Source of the DNA: Ferruginibacter sp.
GTDB lineage: Bacteria > Bacteroidota > Bacteroidia > Chitinophagales > Chitinophagaceae
Length of the DNA stretch: 64,000 nt
Assembly: GCA_039934735.1 (NCBI GenBank)
Contig: JBDTLP010000009.1
Location: forward strand, 3,522-67,521
Direction of reading: 5' to 3'
A model generated the notes under the pieces. The model had not been told where the DNA came from. It saw only the letters and a program-made list of their open reading frames with translations, and ran no database searches. Both the position numbers and the translations under genes were made by a program. Each line of letters starts with the position of its first letter. The stretch's first letter is position 1. This document shows, piece by piece, positions 1 to 9,900 of the stretch.

Positions 1-2168
1 GTAATTTTTTCACGGATAAACTCTAGAAAATAAGGGTGTGTTTGGTCTAATAATTTTCGATGATTTAAATTATTATTTTTTGGCTCTATAATGCCATGGT
101 CTAAATAAAGGGATATACAAAACATCATAAAATTATCAAACTGCATCCACGAATATTTATCCCAATCGTGAAAAAATCTATGTTGAAATTCATTTTCAGG
201 GCTGTATCGTTCGCTATAATGGTTTGCAAATTCGAATTCTATTGACCTGTCCCGCGAACTGCTACCTTCAATAGCAATAGTTTTGTTTGTAGTAATACAC
301 ATTTTTGTTTTAATCAAAAACGGATTCTGATGTTTTTTTTCTACGGTAATTCCTTCCGTAATATCATTATAAAGAACTTCGAACTTAAAATTATTCCTTA
401 CATCATTTAAGAAAATAATTTGTGTGTCCAAACTTGCATCCTGGTATTTATATCTTTGTGTCGGATCAAAGTCTTTACCATTGACTTGAGTAAGTTTTTT
501 AATCTTGCCGAGGGTCTGTCCAAATAGTGTTTTTCCAGTACGTCCATTAGCCTCTTCACTTATACGGCTATCCGTCAATATTACAGCTTTCATTTTTACT
601 TCTGTAAAACTATGAAGCAAATACCCGGTAAGACTGCAAAGGCTGTTAAATCGACTATTATCTTTGTCGCTAACGTTGTACAAAAATTGTGCGTATACAC
701 TGCATTTTTTAATCTCTAAAATTGGGATATCTTGATATGTGAATTCCCGATTAATAATTTGATTGTACCAAATAAATCCTCTCAATTCATTATATGGCTT
801 TAAATGCCATGCATCTTTATTGCAAACAACAAAGCCATTTTTATAATAAATAAAACATTCATTTTTTGTATCGGCATTAAAGAATATTTCATCTTTACTA
901 ACGAGTAAGGATAATCTATTGTCGCAAAAATAATTTTTTGGATTATTATACATTTTTTCTTTCAACTGTTTTTTAGTAACATTATTTGAAAGTTGATCCG
1001 GTAAGCTTTCCAGGTATGTAAAAAAATAATCTTGAATCTGTAAAACAGTTACTTCCTTTATTACATTTTCTTGAAGCCGGATGTAAATAAAATCTTTGTC
1101 AATATCAAACCGTCGAAAACCAAAAGAGTAAATTAAATCTACAAATTTTACGTAGTTAATTTTGATATCCTTTAATACCTGGTTATTGTCTTCGTCGTTT
1201 TTTAAAACGGGTGTATAGAAAACTATCGATTCTTTGTTGGATAGATTTTTTGCGCTTTTAACGTCCTTAGATTTGGCTACACCATTTTGAATTGGTTCCC
1301 GTGCGTAAATATTAAAACCTTTAGCGATTGAAAATAATGTATTGATCGCAATGCCGCTTTTCCTGCCCTTACAACATTCTTTGTATTGAGTTCTACAATC
1401 GGCTTCCTTATATTTCGGGCTTAAACTGGATATCCTATGAAAGAAGCTTTCACCAGGCAAGCCAAATTCACTGGCGATTGCAAATCCAATATTTACCCAT
1501 TGCCTGTATTCGTCTGTTATATCGGTTTTACTGGCCTCAATTTTGGAAATAAGTAATTCGACCTCTTTTTGCTTATCGTGGCCAGTTCTTGAGCTGATAG
1601 TTCTTAGGGGAATTTTTAGCGGATCTTTGTTAGCTGCGAAAACTACACTGTCAAAATTTTCATACAAATCATTATCCATGCTTACAAACATTGCCCGGCT
1701 AACATTGGAACAACTTGAATCTAATAACAGTTTATATTTTGTGCTGTAATATTCCTGCAGGCTATTATATACCTCTTTATCCTGATCCGGTTCTATTCGT
1801 ACCAATAATTTAACGCCGGTCCCTGTAGGGCTTATAAATGCCGCAAAAGTGAACTTGTCATTTGATAAAACTTTCTTCGCCGCCCATGGATCCATGTCCG
1901 GGTTTTTATCTTTATCAAAATCAATTTGTTTTAAAGTGCTGTGATTGATTAATGCTGAATCTATACGTTTTGAAAATGTACCTGATGACGTAATATTTGG
2001 CAGCTGTTTTTTTAAATCTGATTGTTGACTTTTTGTATTTGCCTGGCGAAGCTGATCAATCTGTTTTTTGTATTTACCGGTTTTAATGGCTTTTAAAAAC
2101 GATTCAATTTTTATAACTTCTTTACTGGTAGTGTCCGCAATATTTTTATAAAAGGAAACCTGAAACAT
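1..2168 (-). CDS. Primase/helicase-like replication protein of an integrative element (VirE/BT4734-type N-terminal domain plus P-loop NTPase); C-terminus cut by window edge
   Basis: The minus-strand frame is open from the ATG at 2168 to the left window edge. It is absent from the ORF track because no stop lies inside the window. The N-terminus MFQVSFYKNIADTTSKEV...LPNITSSGTFSKRIDSALINHS resembles BT4734/VirE-type primase N-domains. Walker A ANGRTGKT is encoded at ~525-548. Co-oriented with the excisionase and integrase genes. Confidence 0.75.
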   Translation of the reverse strand, partial: MFQVSFYKNIADTTSKEVIKIESFLKAIKTGKYKKQIDQLRQANTKSQQSDLKKQLPNITSSGTFSKRIDSALINHSTLKQIDFDKDKNPDMDPWAAKKVLSNDKFTFAAFISPTGTGVKLLVRIEPDQDKEVYNSLQEYYSTKYKLLLDSSCSNVSRAMFVSMDNDLYENFDSVVFAANKDPLKIPLRTISSRTGHDKQKEVELLISKIEASKTDITDEYRQWVNIGFAIASEFGLPGESFFHRISSLSPKYKEADCRTQYKECCKGRKSGIAINTLFSIAKGFNIYAREPIQNGVAKSKDVKSAKNLSNKESIVFYTPVLKNDEDNNQVLKDIKINYVKFVDLIYSFGFRRFDIDKDFIYIRLQENVIKEVTVLQIQDYFFTYLESLPDQLSNNVTKKQLKEKMYNNPKNYFCDNRLSLLVSKDEIFFNADTKNECFIYYKNGFVVCNKDAWHLKPYNELRGFIWYNQIINREFTYQDIPILEIKKCSVYAQFLYNVSDKDNSRFNSLCSLTGYLLHSFTEVKMKAVILTDSRISEEANGRTGKTLFGQTLGKIKKLTQVNGKDFDPTQRYKYQDASLDTQIIFLNDVRNNFKFEVLYNDITEGITVEKKHQNPFLIKTKMCITTNKTIAIEGSSSRDRSIEFEFANHYSERYSPENEFQHRFFHDWDKYSWMQFDNFMMFCISLYLDHGIIEPKNNNLNHRKLLDQTHPYFLEFIREKI

Positions 2169-2249
2169 GTGTTATAATTTTGGTATTAGTAAAAACAACG
2201 GCCGGTAAATTAGAAGGGAGAACATTTGAATATTCTCCCTTCAATTACA

Positions 2250-2639
2250 TTATTTCATTTTTGATAATTCGTAGTAAAAAATAAACGGCTGGTAGAAGTG
2301 AATAAAAACATCATTAGAAATTTCAAATTGTGTTCGACCCGTAAAATCTGTACCTGCTAAATAATCAACTGCACCTTTGAATCTGGTAAACATTTCGTCC
2401 ACGAGGTTAACGCCATCTAGCAAATGGCTTTCATTAAGCGCCTGGCTGATTTGATTTGAAGAAAAGTCTGTTAAGAAGATTTTTGCCGCTGTCGTGGGCT
2501 TTACGTTAGCTGATTCATTAACCTGTAATGAAGCTGCTGTGTTGGTTCTTGTATTTGGCATAAAACAAAGAAAGCTCACGTGTGCCAAATACAAGTCTAC
2601 TTGCGTAGAATGAATCAAACGGATTGAGTACCGTTTCAC
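2250..2639 (-). CDS. Hypothetical protein of integrative element
   Basis: Track ORF with no recognisable motif. A more plausible start is MPNTRTN at 2561. Same orientation as, and tightly packed with, neighbouring element genes. Confidence 0.4.
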   Translation of the reverse strand: MKRYSIRLIHSTQVDLYLAHVSFLCFMPNTRTNTAASLQVNESANVKPTTAAKIFLTDFSSNQISQALNESHLLDGVNLVDEMFTRFKGAVDYLAGTDFTGRTQFEISNDVFIHFYQPFIFYYELSKMK

Positions 2640-2812
2640 GTGAGCGTATTTTTAAAATAAGTTGGAAAAACATTTGACTTGTATTTGGCAATTCAAAAAT
2701 AATATAAAAAATGTGATATCAAAAAAATCTTTTAAAAATGGGCACCTAAAAAAGTGCCCAAATCAAAACTACCTGCCCGGCATTTCGCTCGGCATTTCAT
2801 ATTCCTACCTTT

Positions 2813-3211
2813 TTAAAGAAGATTAACACCATGATTGTTTGCGTCGGCTACAATTTCCTGGAGTTCCATTTTTTTCCATTTCGCTTCCAATTTTGCTGAC
2901 CCTTCTGGCATTCCTAATTGCCAGAGATATTTTTTTATTAAGTCTTGTAGAATAAATGCATTTCTAGATTCGAGTAAAATCCCATGTTTATATGCATCAT
3001 TTAAAATTTCCTGATCAGACATTAACCGCCATTTCGCTTCTAATTTTGGTGAACCTTCTGGCAACCCTAACTGCCAGAGGTATTTTTTTATAAGTTTTTC
3101 TTTATAACCGCTGGTGCTACCAACAGCACCGCTTGCTTTTTGTTGAGATCCTGAATAAATAAAAAATCCGGCTATCGCTAATCCAATCAGGAGTGTATTA
3201 TTATTTTTCAT
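2813..3211 (-). CDS. Small secreted protein with internal tandem duplication
   Basis: Signal-like N-terminus MKNNNTLLIGLAIAGFFIYSG, followed by two ~45-aa copies of LIKKYLWQLG(L/M)PEGS(P/A)KLEAKW..(Q)EI..DA..HG. Confidence 0.55.
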   Translation of the reverse strand: MKNNNTLLIGLAIAGFFIYSGSQQKASGAVGSTSGYKEKLIKKYLWQLGLPEGSPKLEAKWRLMSDQEILNDAYKHGILLESRNAFILQDLIKKYLWQLGMPEGSAKLEAKWKKMELQEIVADANNHGVNLL

Positions 3212-3277
3212 GACATACTTTTTTTAGATTAAAGACAGCCAAAACCAAATGAATTGTTTGGCTGTCTTTAAAAATTA

Positions 3278-3547
3278 CTAATTGAAAAAGCCTTCTCCAA
3301 TGCTTACATTTTCGATATCTTTTTTTATTCCGTGTTCATTAAATGAATACAGTTCCAGTTTTATACTTTCCTGGCTTTTAACACTACGCTTTTTTAAAAG
3401 ATCATATTGAGCTTTTGCGCTGTTAATGTCTCCAAAGGTTTCCTGGTAACCCTTTGTTTTCACAGTAAACTTTTCAGTTTGTTTTGAAGCAGGTTTTGCG
3501 GCTTCGTTTGTACCAGTAAGAACTGGCGTTTTTTTTGTCGTTTTCAT
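3278..3547 (-). CDS. Hypothetical small lysine-rich protein
   Basis: Track ORF, co-oriented in the element gene string; no motif recognised. Confidence 0.45.
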   Translation of the reverse strand: MKTTKKTPVLTGTNEAAKPASKQTEKFTVKTKGYQETFGDINSAKAQYDLLKKRSVKSQESIKLELYSFNEHGIKKDIENVSIGEGFFN

Positions 3548-3589
3548 GACTGTTGTTTTTTTTGTTTTTGATAATTATTAAAAGAAAAT

Positions 3590-4156
3590 CTATGCTGCTA
3601 TGGAAACAGGAAATTTATTAACCCGATCAACAAATGCTTTTTTAAATTTATCAGAAAAATGTTTTGAAGACTGATAGTAATTGATTCTTGCAGTTCGTAA
3701 TGTTTGATAAAATTGGACAGGTAGTTTATTAATGATATCAATTACATCTTTCGTGAGACTGGTTTTTGATGTATTAGTAATATGTGGATCTAGCAAACTG
3801 ACAGAGTTGTTGATCACTCCAACAGCTGCATTTTGTTTGTGAACTATAAAATCGTAAATGAAATTTGCTATTACCTGGTTCTTTATTAAATCACCAGACA
3901 GAATTTTATTCCAAAAATTATTTTTATAGAAATCACTTACCAGGTTTTCTAAAATGGAATCATTAAATATTTTATATCGTGGTATTTCCTGACCGTTAAA
4001 AAACTTTTTTTGTAATTCCTGCAGTCTATTCCAACCGGGCCAAAAAGGATAGTTGTTTTTAGTTATGCCGGCATAAGTCCAACCGGCTGAAGGATCATTC
4101 CAAAAACCACCTTCGATATTTTTTGTCAATTCTCTGGAAATAAAAAAATTTGCCAT
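3590..4156 (-). CDS. Glycoside hydrolase family 108-like protein (phage-type lysozyme / secretion activator family)
   Basis: NIEGGFWNDPSAGWTYAGIT near the N-terminus matches the EGG(Y/F)xxDPxDxGGxTxxGIT signature of GH108. Confidence 0.6.
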   Translation of the reverse strand: MANFFISRELTKNIEGGFWNDPSAGWTYAGITKNNYPFWPGWNRLQELQKKFFNGQEIPRYKIFNDSILENLVSDFYKNNFWNKILSGDLIKNQVIANFIYDFIVHKQNAAVGVINNSVSLLDPHITNTSKTSLTKDVIDIINKLPVQFYQTLRTARINYYQSSKHFSDKFKKAFVDRVNKFPVSIAA

Positions 4157-4160
4157 AGGA

Positions 4161-4436
4161 TTAGAATTTAACTCCTGTTTTCATTTTAAAAGAAGAAATG
4201 ATTTGTGATTTATTATAAAAAATCTTTTTACCAATTCTAGTAAAAGGAATTTTATTATTATCCCGCCACGCTTGTAAGGTATTACTACTAATATTCAGGA
4301 ATTTTTTCACTTGACTGCTTGTAAGCAGTTCTTCTAACTGCGAGGGATTTTGTTCTCTAAGAACTTTTCTTATAGTTTCTTCTATCTGATGTAGAAAATC
4401 AGGAGCTGGTACAAGTAATACGGAATTTTCATTCAT
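4161..4436 (-). CDS. Excisionase/AlpA-type helix-turn-helix DNA-binding protein
   Basis: 91 aa. LTSSQVKKFLNISSNTLQAWRDNNKIPFTRIGKKIFY is a typical MerR-superfamily excisionase HTH. Only 4 nt separate it from the downstream gene. Confidence 0.7.
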   Translation of the reverse strand: MNENSVLLVPAPDFLHQIEETIRKVLREQNPSQLEELLTSSQVKKFLNISSNTLQAWRDNNKIPFTRIGKKIFYNKSQIISSFKMKTGVKF

Positions 4437-4518
4437 ACTTCAAAATTTAGATTCCAAAAATCTACATTTGAAGTCATTTCACACCATATTGCATCTTACT
4501 TTTGGGTGAGGTAAGGGC

Positions 4519-5172
4519 TTACTTTTTTTCTTTGATATTATCTTTATCATTTCGCAGCTGTAATACAACCTTTTCCAACAATTCAATACTTTCTGAATAA
4601 ATGTCAACGGGGTATTTTCTTACACTCATTTGTTGGCTTGTAGATTCGGGCAAAAATCTTTCATTTGTTAGCCAAAAAACTGCATTTCCAACTTTGTCTA
4701 GAATTGTATCGGCAAATAACTCATTTTTAAAATTCTTCAAAATTAATTGCAGTATCGCCCTTCGGTTTTCATCTTCTTTGGTAATCAAAACATCACCTTT
4801 TATTTTTTTTGTGGCCTTATCTAATTTCAGTGCAAAGGGTTTAAAATAGCTTTGTCCACTTTCGGCTTCAAATATAGCTATATCAGATTTTAAGTATCTA
4901 GCCATTTCCGTTAGTTCACTTGACATGTTTACAAAATCATCGTAATCCCAATTATTATATGTGGTTGCAAAAAAAGAAAAATGGCTACATAAATATTCCA
5001 TTTTCGCTTTAATAAATTCAACATATTCTAGTCTCTCATATAAGTAATCTATCCTATCCCTTGGGTTTTCGAATTTCTTTTTAATGGAATTATTTTCGAA
5101 CAAATCGTATAGAGGTTCGAATTCTTCACTGATAAAAAAATCTATAGCTTCGTGATTCATTTCGAATGTCAT
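4519..5172 (-). CDS. Hypothetical protein co-transcribed with integrase
   Basis: Track ORF. Its ATG overlaps the integrase stop (ATGA at 5169-5172). Acidic, with no motif recognised. Confidence 0.55.
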   Translation of the reverse strand: MTFEMNHEAIDFFISEEFEPLYDLFENNSIKKKFENPRDRIDYLYERLEYVEFIKAKMEYLCSHFSFFATTYNNWDYDDFVNMSSELTEMARYLKSDIAIFEAESGQSYFKPFALKLDKATKKIKGDVLITKEDENRRAILQLILKNFKNELFADTILDKVGNAVFWLTNERFLPESTSQQMSVRKYPVDIYSESIELLEKVVLQLRNDKDNIKEKK

Positions 5173-6449
5173 TTCGTTTTTTCTTTTAAAGGATTCAGAT
5201 ATTTGTTACTTATTTTCATCATTTCTTTTTTATTGAAATCGTCATCATTTTGAATGTACTTTTTTAAAGTTTGGAAGCTGCTATGGCCAACAACACGCCT
5301 TACAACTTCCTGCGGTACTCCTAATTGGATACAATTTGTAATAAAGCTATGCCTGGCAACATGCCAACTAATCATTTCCCAAGCTTGATATGTTTTTTCA
5401 ACCGATGTTTTATTTTTTTTCTGTATGTAATTGAAGCTTCGATTTAGCTTTGCTGTTTTCGCTAATTCCTTTAAATACTCATTACCTTTTTGATTTGTAA
5501 TTTGCGGCAATGGATTATTCTTCAACCAATATTTATTAAATAATTCTTGTAATTCAGGAATGACAGGAATTTTTACAAACTCGTTAGTTTTCACTGCAAT
5601 TTTTGTTATCATTCCATCTTCAACATGAATAGGTTTCAATGTCACCAGGTCGCTAAATCTCAATCCGCAGTAACAAGCCATTAAAAACAAGTCTCTTACT
5701 TTGTCTAACCTGGTATCTAGTTCGACTTTTGATAACGTTTGAATTTCGTCAAGTTTTAAGAAAAAATGCGCTTTCCCATCTTCATTAGTAATCTTCCACT
5801 TTCTAAAGAATATAAATTCGTTGTAGCCTTTATCATTTGCCCAATTAAGGAACGTTTTTAAGTTTTTGATATAAAACCCAAACGAATTGTCATACATGCT
5901 TAAATAGTCTCTAAATCGTTTGTAGAAGTCATCATTAAAATCTTTAAAAGAAAGGGGAGGAGTTGATTGTAATTCGTAAGAAATTAAATAATTCAATGTT
6001 GTGTTGTAACCCTTAATAGTTCTTGCTGCCCGGTCTGATCCATGTTGATCAATAAATTTTTGAAATAATGACAGCGGTTTAAAATCTTTTACCTCAATCG
6101 AATTTGTCCATGGAAGTTGAATAACAATAGTTTCCTTATTAACCGGCTTCCCAGCTAATTCAAGATTTAAAATAATTCGCTCGATGTCATTTTGCTGTTT
6201 TTTGAAAAGGGCGTTGAAAACGTCGTAATTGGCTTTTGTCCTTTTTACAATTTGTTTTTTTTCTTTATCAGGTTTTGACTGGGTATCCTGATCCGGATTT
6301 TTATTGATCCCACTGTCCCAATGTTTTGGCTCAATGGCCTGGCCTGTACTGATTCGAAATCTTGATCCTTTGTAATGAATGGAATGATATACCGTAACCG
6401 GCCGGATTCCGGTTGATTTATCCAAATTAAGGTTCAATTTCGCTCCCAT
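5169..6449 (-). CDS. int: Site-specific tyrosine recombinase (phage-type integrase, Bacteroidetes family)
   Basis: 426 aa with an arm-binding/SAM-like N-terminal region. Catalytic residues are visible in GLRFSDL (Arg), HVARHSFITN (His-x-x-Arg) and VGHSSFQTLKKY (His..Tyr). Confidence 0.9.
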   Translation of the reverse strand: MGAKLNLNLDKSTGIRPVTVYHSIHYKGSRFRISTGQAIEPKHWDSGINKNPDQDTQSKPDKEKKQIVKRTKANYDVFNALFKKQQNDIERIILNLELAGKPVNKETIVIQLPWTNSIEVKDFKPLSLFQKFIDQHGSDRAARTIKGYNTTLNYLISYELQSTPPLSFKDFNDDFYKRFRDYLSMYDNSFGFYIKNLKTFLNWANDKGYNEFIFFRKWKITNEDGKAHFFLKLDEIQTLSKVELDTRLDKVRDLFLMACYCGLRFSDLVTLKPIHVEDGMITKIAVKTNEFVKIPVIPELQELFNKYWLKNNPLPQITNQKGNEYLKELAKTAKLNRSFNYIQKKNKTSVEKTYQAWEMISWHVARHSFITNCIQLGVPQEVVRRVVGHSSFQTLKKYIQNDDDFNKKEMMKISNKYLNPLKEKTK

Positions 6450-6626
6450 TTCGTGCAGTTGTATTCCTATCTACTTACAAAGTAACTGACAGTTTGTTGT
6501 TTGTATCAAAAGTATTGAACTTTATTCAAATGACATAAAAACTATATCAGCAAAGGATTTGAGAGGCTATTTGGATTGACTAGAATTCATTATAAACCAT
6601 TAGTATTATTCCTTTCGTGGGCACAG

Positions 6627-6653
6627 ACCGGAGTTTTAAACTCCGGTTTTTTT
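6627..6653 (+). terminator. Hairpin plus T-run (intrinsic-terminator-like) in the gap right of the integrase
   Basis: accggagtttt/aaaactccggt forms an 8-10 bp stem followed by ttttttt. There is no plus-strand gene upstream, so its role is unclear; it may mark the old target site. Confidence 0.45.
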
Positions 6654-6979
6654 ATTTATTATACTTCTGATTACTCAAGTACTGATTTTTCTAATTCAAA
6701 GTAATAGTTGATTTTTTTATCTGGATTATTTGAAAACTGAAAAAATAATTTACATAATATTATAAGCACAATTATTTTTTGTATGTTGTGAATGTTTTCG
6801 CAACCCTCCTAAAATAAACTCAACAGATTCTCCCACTGTTAGATTATTCTTAATTTATTTATGTTTCACTTTTATGTTAGCATATTTAAATTCATGTATT
6901 TTTTCATACAAAAGAATTTTATTAAACAGGATTTTAATTACCAGTAATATTATTAAACCAAAACTTCAACTTTTACATC

Positions 6980-9900
6980 ATGAAAAGAACACAATGCTGC
7001 AACGCAACAGCAATTTTTAAATTTTGCTCCACCAGGTTTTTAGTGCTTTTCCTTATTTTCTTTATTGCCTGTAACCCTGCAAAAGCACTAATAACGAACT
7101 ATACTTTTGAGTCTACTTCAGGCAGCTATGTGCCATTAGCCGGCGGAACAACGTATCTCACAGGTTCTGCCTGGGATGATGGCGTATCTTCATTGATTCA
7201 AATGCCATTTGCATTTAATTATAACAATCTATCTTATACAACCCTATCTATAAATGCGAATGGATTTATTACGATGGGGGCTACTTCTTCCAGTACTACC
7301 TATTGCGGGCTACAACAAAGTACTGCAAATTCAATTGCAGGTTATGGTGCTGATCTAAGGGCCGCAAGCGCAGGATCTTCTATCCAATACGGAGTTATGG
7401 GGGTGGCACCGAACCGCCAGTTTGTTATTCAATGGACGGACTGCCGCCAATTTTTCTCTGCAACAACCAATCACTGGTCATTCCAGATCATACTGAACGA
7501 GACCAGCAACGAAGTGCAAGTTGTAATGGGCACTATAACCAGTACAACAACATTGGGGGCAAATAATTGTGCGGATGTCGCAGGAGAATCTGGTGATGTG
7601 GGTTTATTGGGTAATTCAACCCAGGATTTTAATTTGAGAAGTGTTACCAATGGTACAGATACATGGGCAACTTCAGGAACTGGGATAGCTATAAATGCTG
7701 TTTGTAATTTATCATCAACAAATTTTCCGGCTTCAGGGTTAACTTATACCTGGACTCCTGGGCCCGCTTTACCCATGGTTTACGTTTCATCTACTACTTC
7801 ATTTGTAAATAACACAGGGAGGATTCCAAGGAATACATCAAACAACGCTGTTATTAAAGTGCAGGTTGTTACCACAGGAAGTAGCTCAGCATTAAATGTT
7901 ACTAACCTCAATCTTTCTACAACAGGTTCTACAAACCCCCTGGCGGATATTACCAATATAAAAGTGTTTTTTACTGGTGCCAGCAATACTTTTTCTACTG
8001 CTTCACAATTTGGAACTAACATTACGGGTGCTAACGGATCTTATTCTGTTTCAGGATCAGCAATTCTGAGTGAGGGAATCAATTATTTTTGGGTGACCTA
8101 TAGTATCAGTGCAACGGCAACTTTTGGTAATATTTTATCAGGATGTTGTTCACAGGTAACAGGTTCAGGCAGTATGGGCATCCAAACACCTGCGGTTACA
8201 TGCCCGGCAGGATCACAAACAATTATTGATGAGGGGGTTTGGACACCAGTAGCGGCTACCGCACCTCATGATAATCATGGAGTAATGTTGCTACTTTCTG
8301 ATGGTTCAGTCATATGTCATTCAAATGCTGGTGGCGCTGATGGAAACGGAACATTGTGGGATAAGCTTACCCCGGATATTCACGGAAGTTATATAAATGG
8401 TACATGGTCAACCACTGCACCTATGAATGATACGAGGCTATTCTTTTCATCCCAGGTATTAAAAGATGGACGTGTTTATGTAGGGGGAGGTGAGTATGGT
8501 ACAGGCGGTGCAAAGGCGGAAATTTACGACCCGCTAACAAATGTATGGACTGCAGCACCAGCTCCTGGTGTTACTCTCAGTGATGCGAATTCTGAAATCC
8601 TGGAAGACGGTAGAATATTACAGGCCGTAGTTGATGGCGGGGTGAGCCCTTTTTTAAGAACGACCAAAATTTATAATCCTTCAAATAATACGTATGTAAC
8701 CGGACCAACCACCAATGGAATACATAATGAATCTGTATGGGTAAAGCTACCCGATAACAGCATCTTGTTCATAGACAGGCTAAGTACAAATTCGGAAAGA
8801 TATATACCTGCAACGAATACATGGATTACGGATGCAACTGTCCCAATAAATCTATATGATCCTTTTGGTGATGAAACAGGTGCCGGAATATTATTACCTG
8901 ATGGGAGAGCTTTTTTCATAGGTTCCCAGGGAACTACAGCATTTTATACGCCTTCCGGCAATGCTGCTCCAGGTAGCTGGAGTGTAGGTCCGGTATTGCC
9001 AAATTCAACGGGAGCACCCGATGCGCCAATGGCGATGATGGCCAATGGAAAAGTACTTTGTGCAGTTTCACCGGGCCCAACATCAACAGGAACACAATTT
9101 ATACCTCCAACTTATTTTTATGAATTTGATTATTTAACAAATTCATTTACCCTTATTCATGCACCTGGTGAAGTAGCTTCATTGAATATCGCCTGTTATC
9201 AAACAACTTTTCTTGACTTGCCCGACGGTAGTGTGTTATATGCACAAAATCAGAGCAACAGCTCATCACAATATTATATTTATACGCCAACAGGCTCACC
9301 TATTGCTGCAGGAAAACCAACAATCAGTAGTATCACTCAAACTTCTTGTACTTCGTTTCAAATTGACGGAACACAGTTTAATGGAATTTCCCAGGGAGCT
9401 TCTTATGGTGATGACTGGCAGATGTCTACCAATTATCCGGTAATCCGGTTAACCAATGGTTCCAACGTTTATTATTGCAGAACTTTTAATTGGAATTCAA
9501 CTGGCGTTAAAAGAGGAAATCAACCAGATAATGCACAGTTTACGCTTCCGGCGGGTTTGCCTATAGCAACTTACCAGTTGGTTGTAACTGCAAATGGAAT
9601 TGCTTCAGATCCTGTTTCATTTACTCCTACCCCTTATTTAACAAGCACACTAACAGCACCCGCTACATGTAGTAATATAGCATTCAGTTATGTACCGGTT
9701 ATTGCACCTGCAGGTTCAACCTACAGTTGGACGAGGGCTGCAATTACAGGCATAAGTAATGCTGCTGTAGTAATTCCACAAACTTCAAATCCTAATGAAG
9801 TATTAATCAATACTACATCCAGCCCTGTGACCGTGCTGTACGATTTCACGATTACATCAAATGGTTGTAGCAACACACAGCAGGTAACCGTTATAGTGAA

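Larger units (their letters stand above)
1..6500 (-). mobile_element. Integrase-proximal end of an integrative element (satellite/IME/prophage-remnant-like); left end lies outside the window
   Basis: Uninterrupted minus-strand string of int, orf217, xis-like HTH, GH108-like gene, small ORFs and primase-helicase. It is followed by a 530-bp AT-rich gap before the first chromosomal-looking gene. Confidence 0.6.

Noticed and set aside
1543-1749. 68-aa plus-strand track ORF
   Set aside because: It lies antisense inside the long minus-strand primase/helicase frame and has low-complexity, non-protein-like composition.
6450-6980. tRNA or tmRNA target site next to the integrase
   Set aside because: No cloverleaf-compatible sequence or T-arm (GGTTCRANYC) motif was found. 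Only an AT-rich gap with one hairpin is present.
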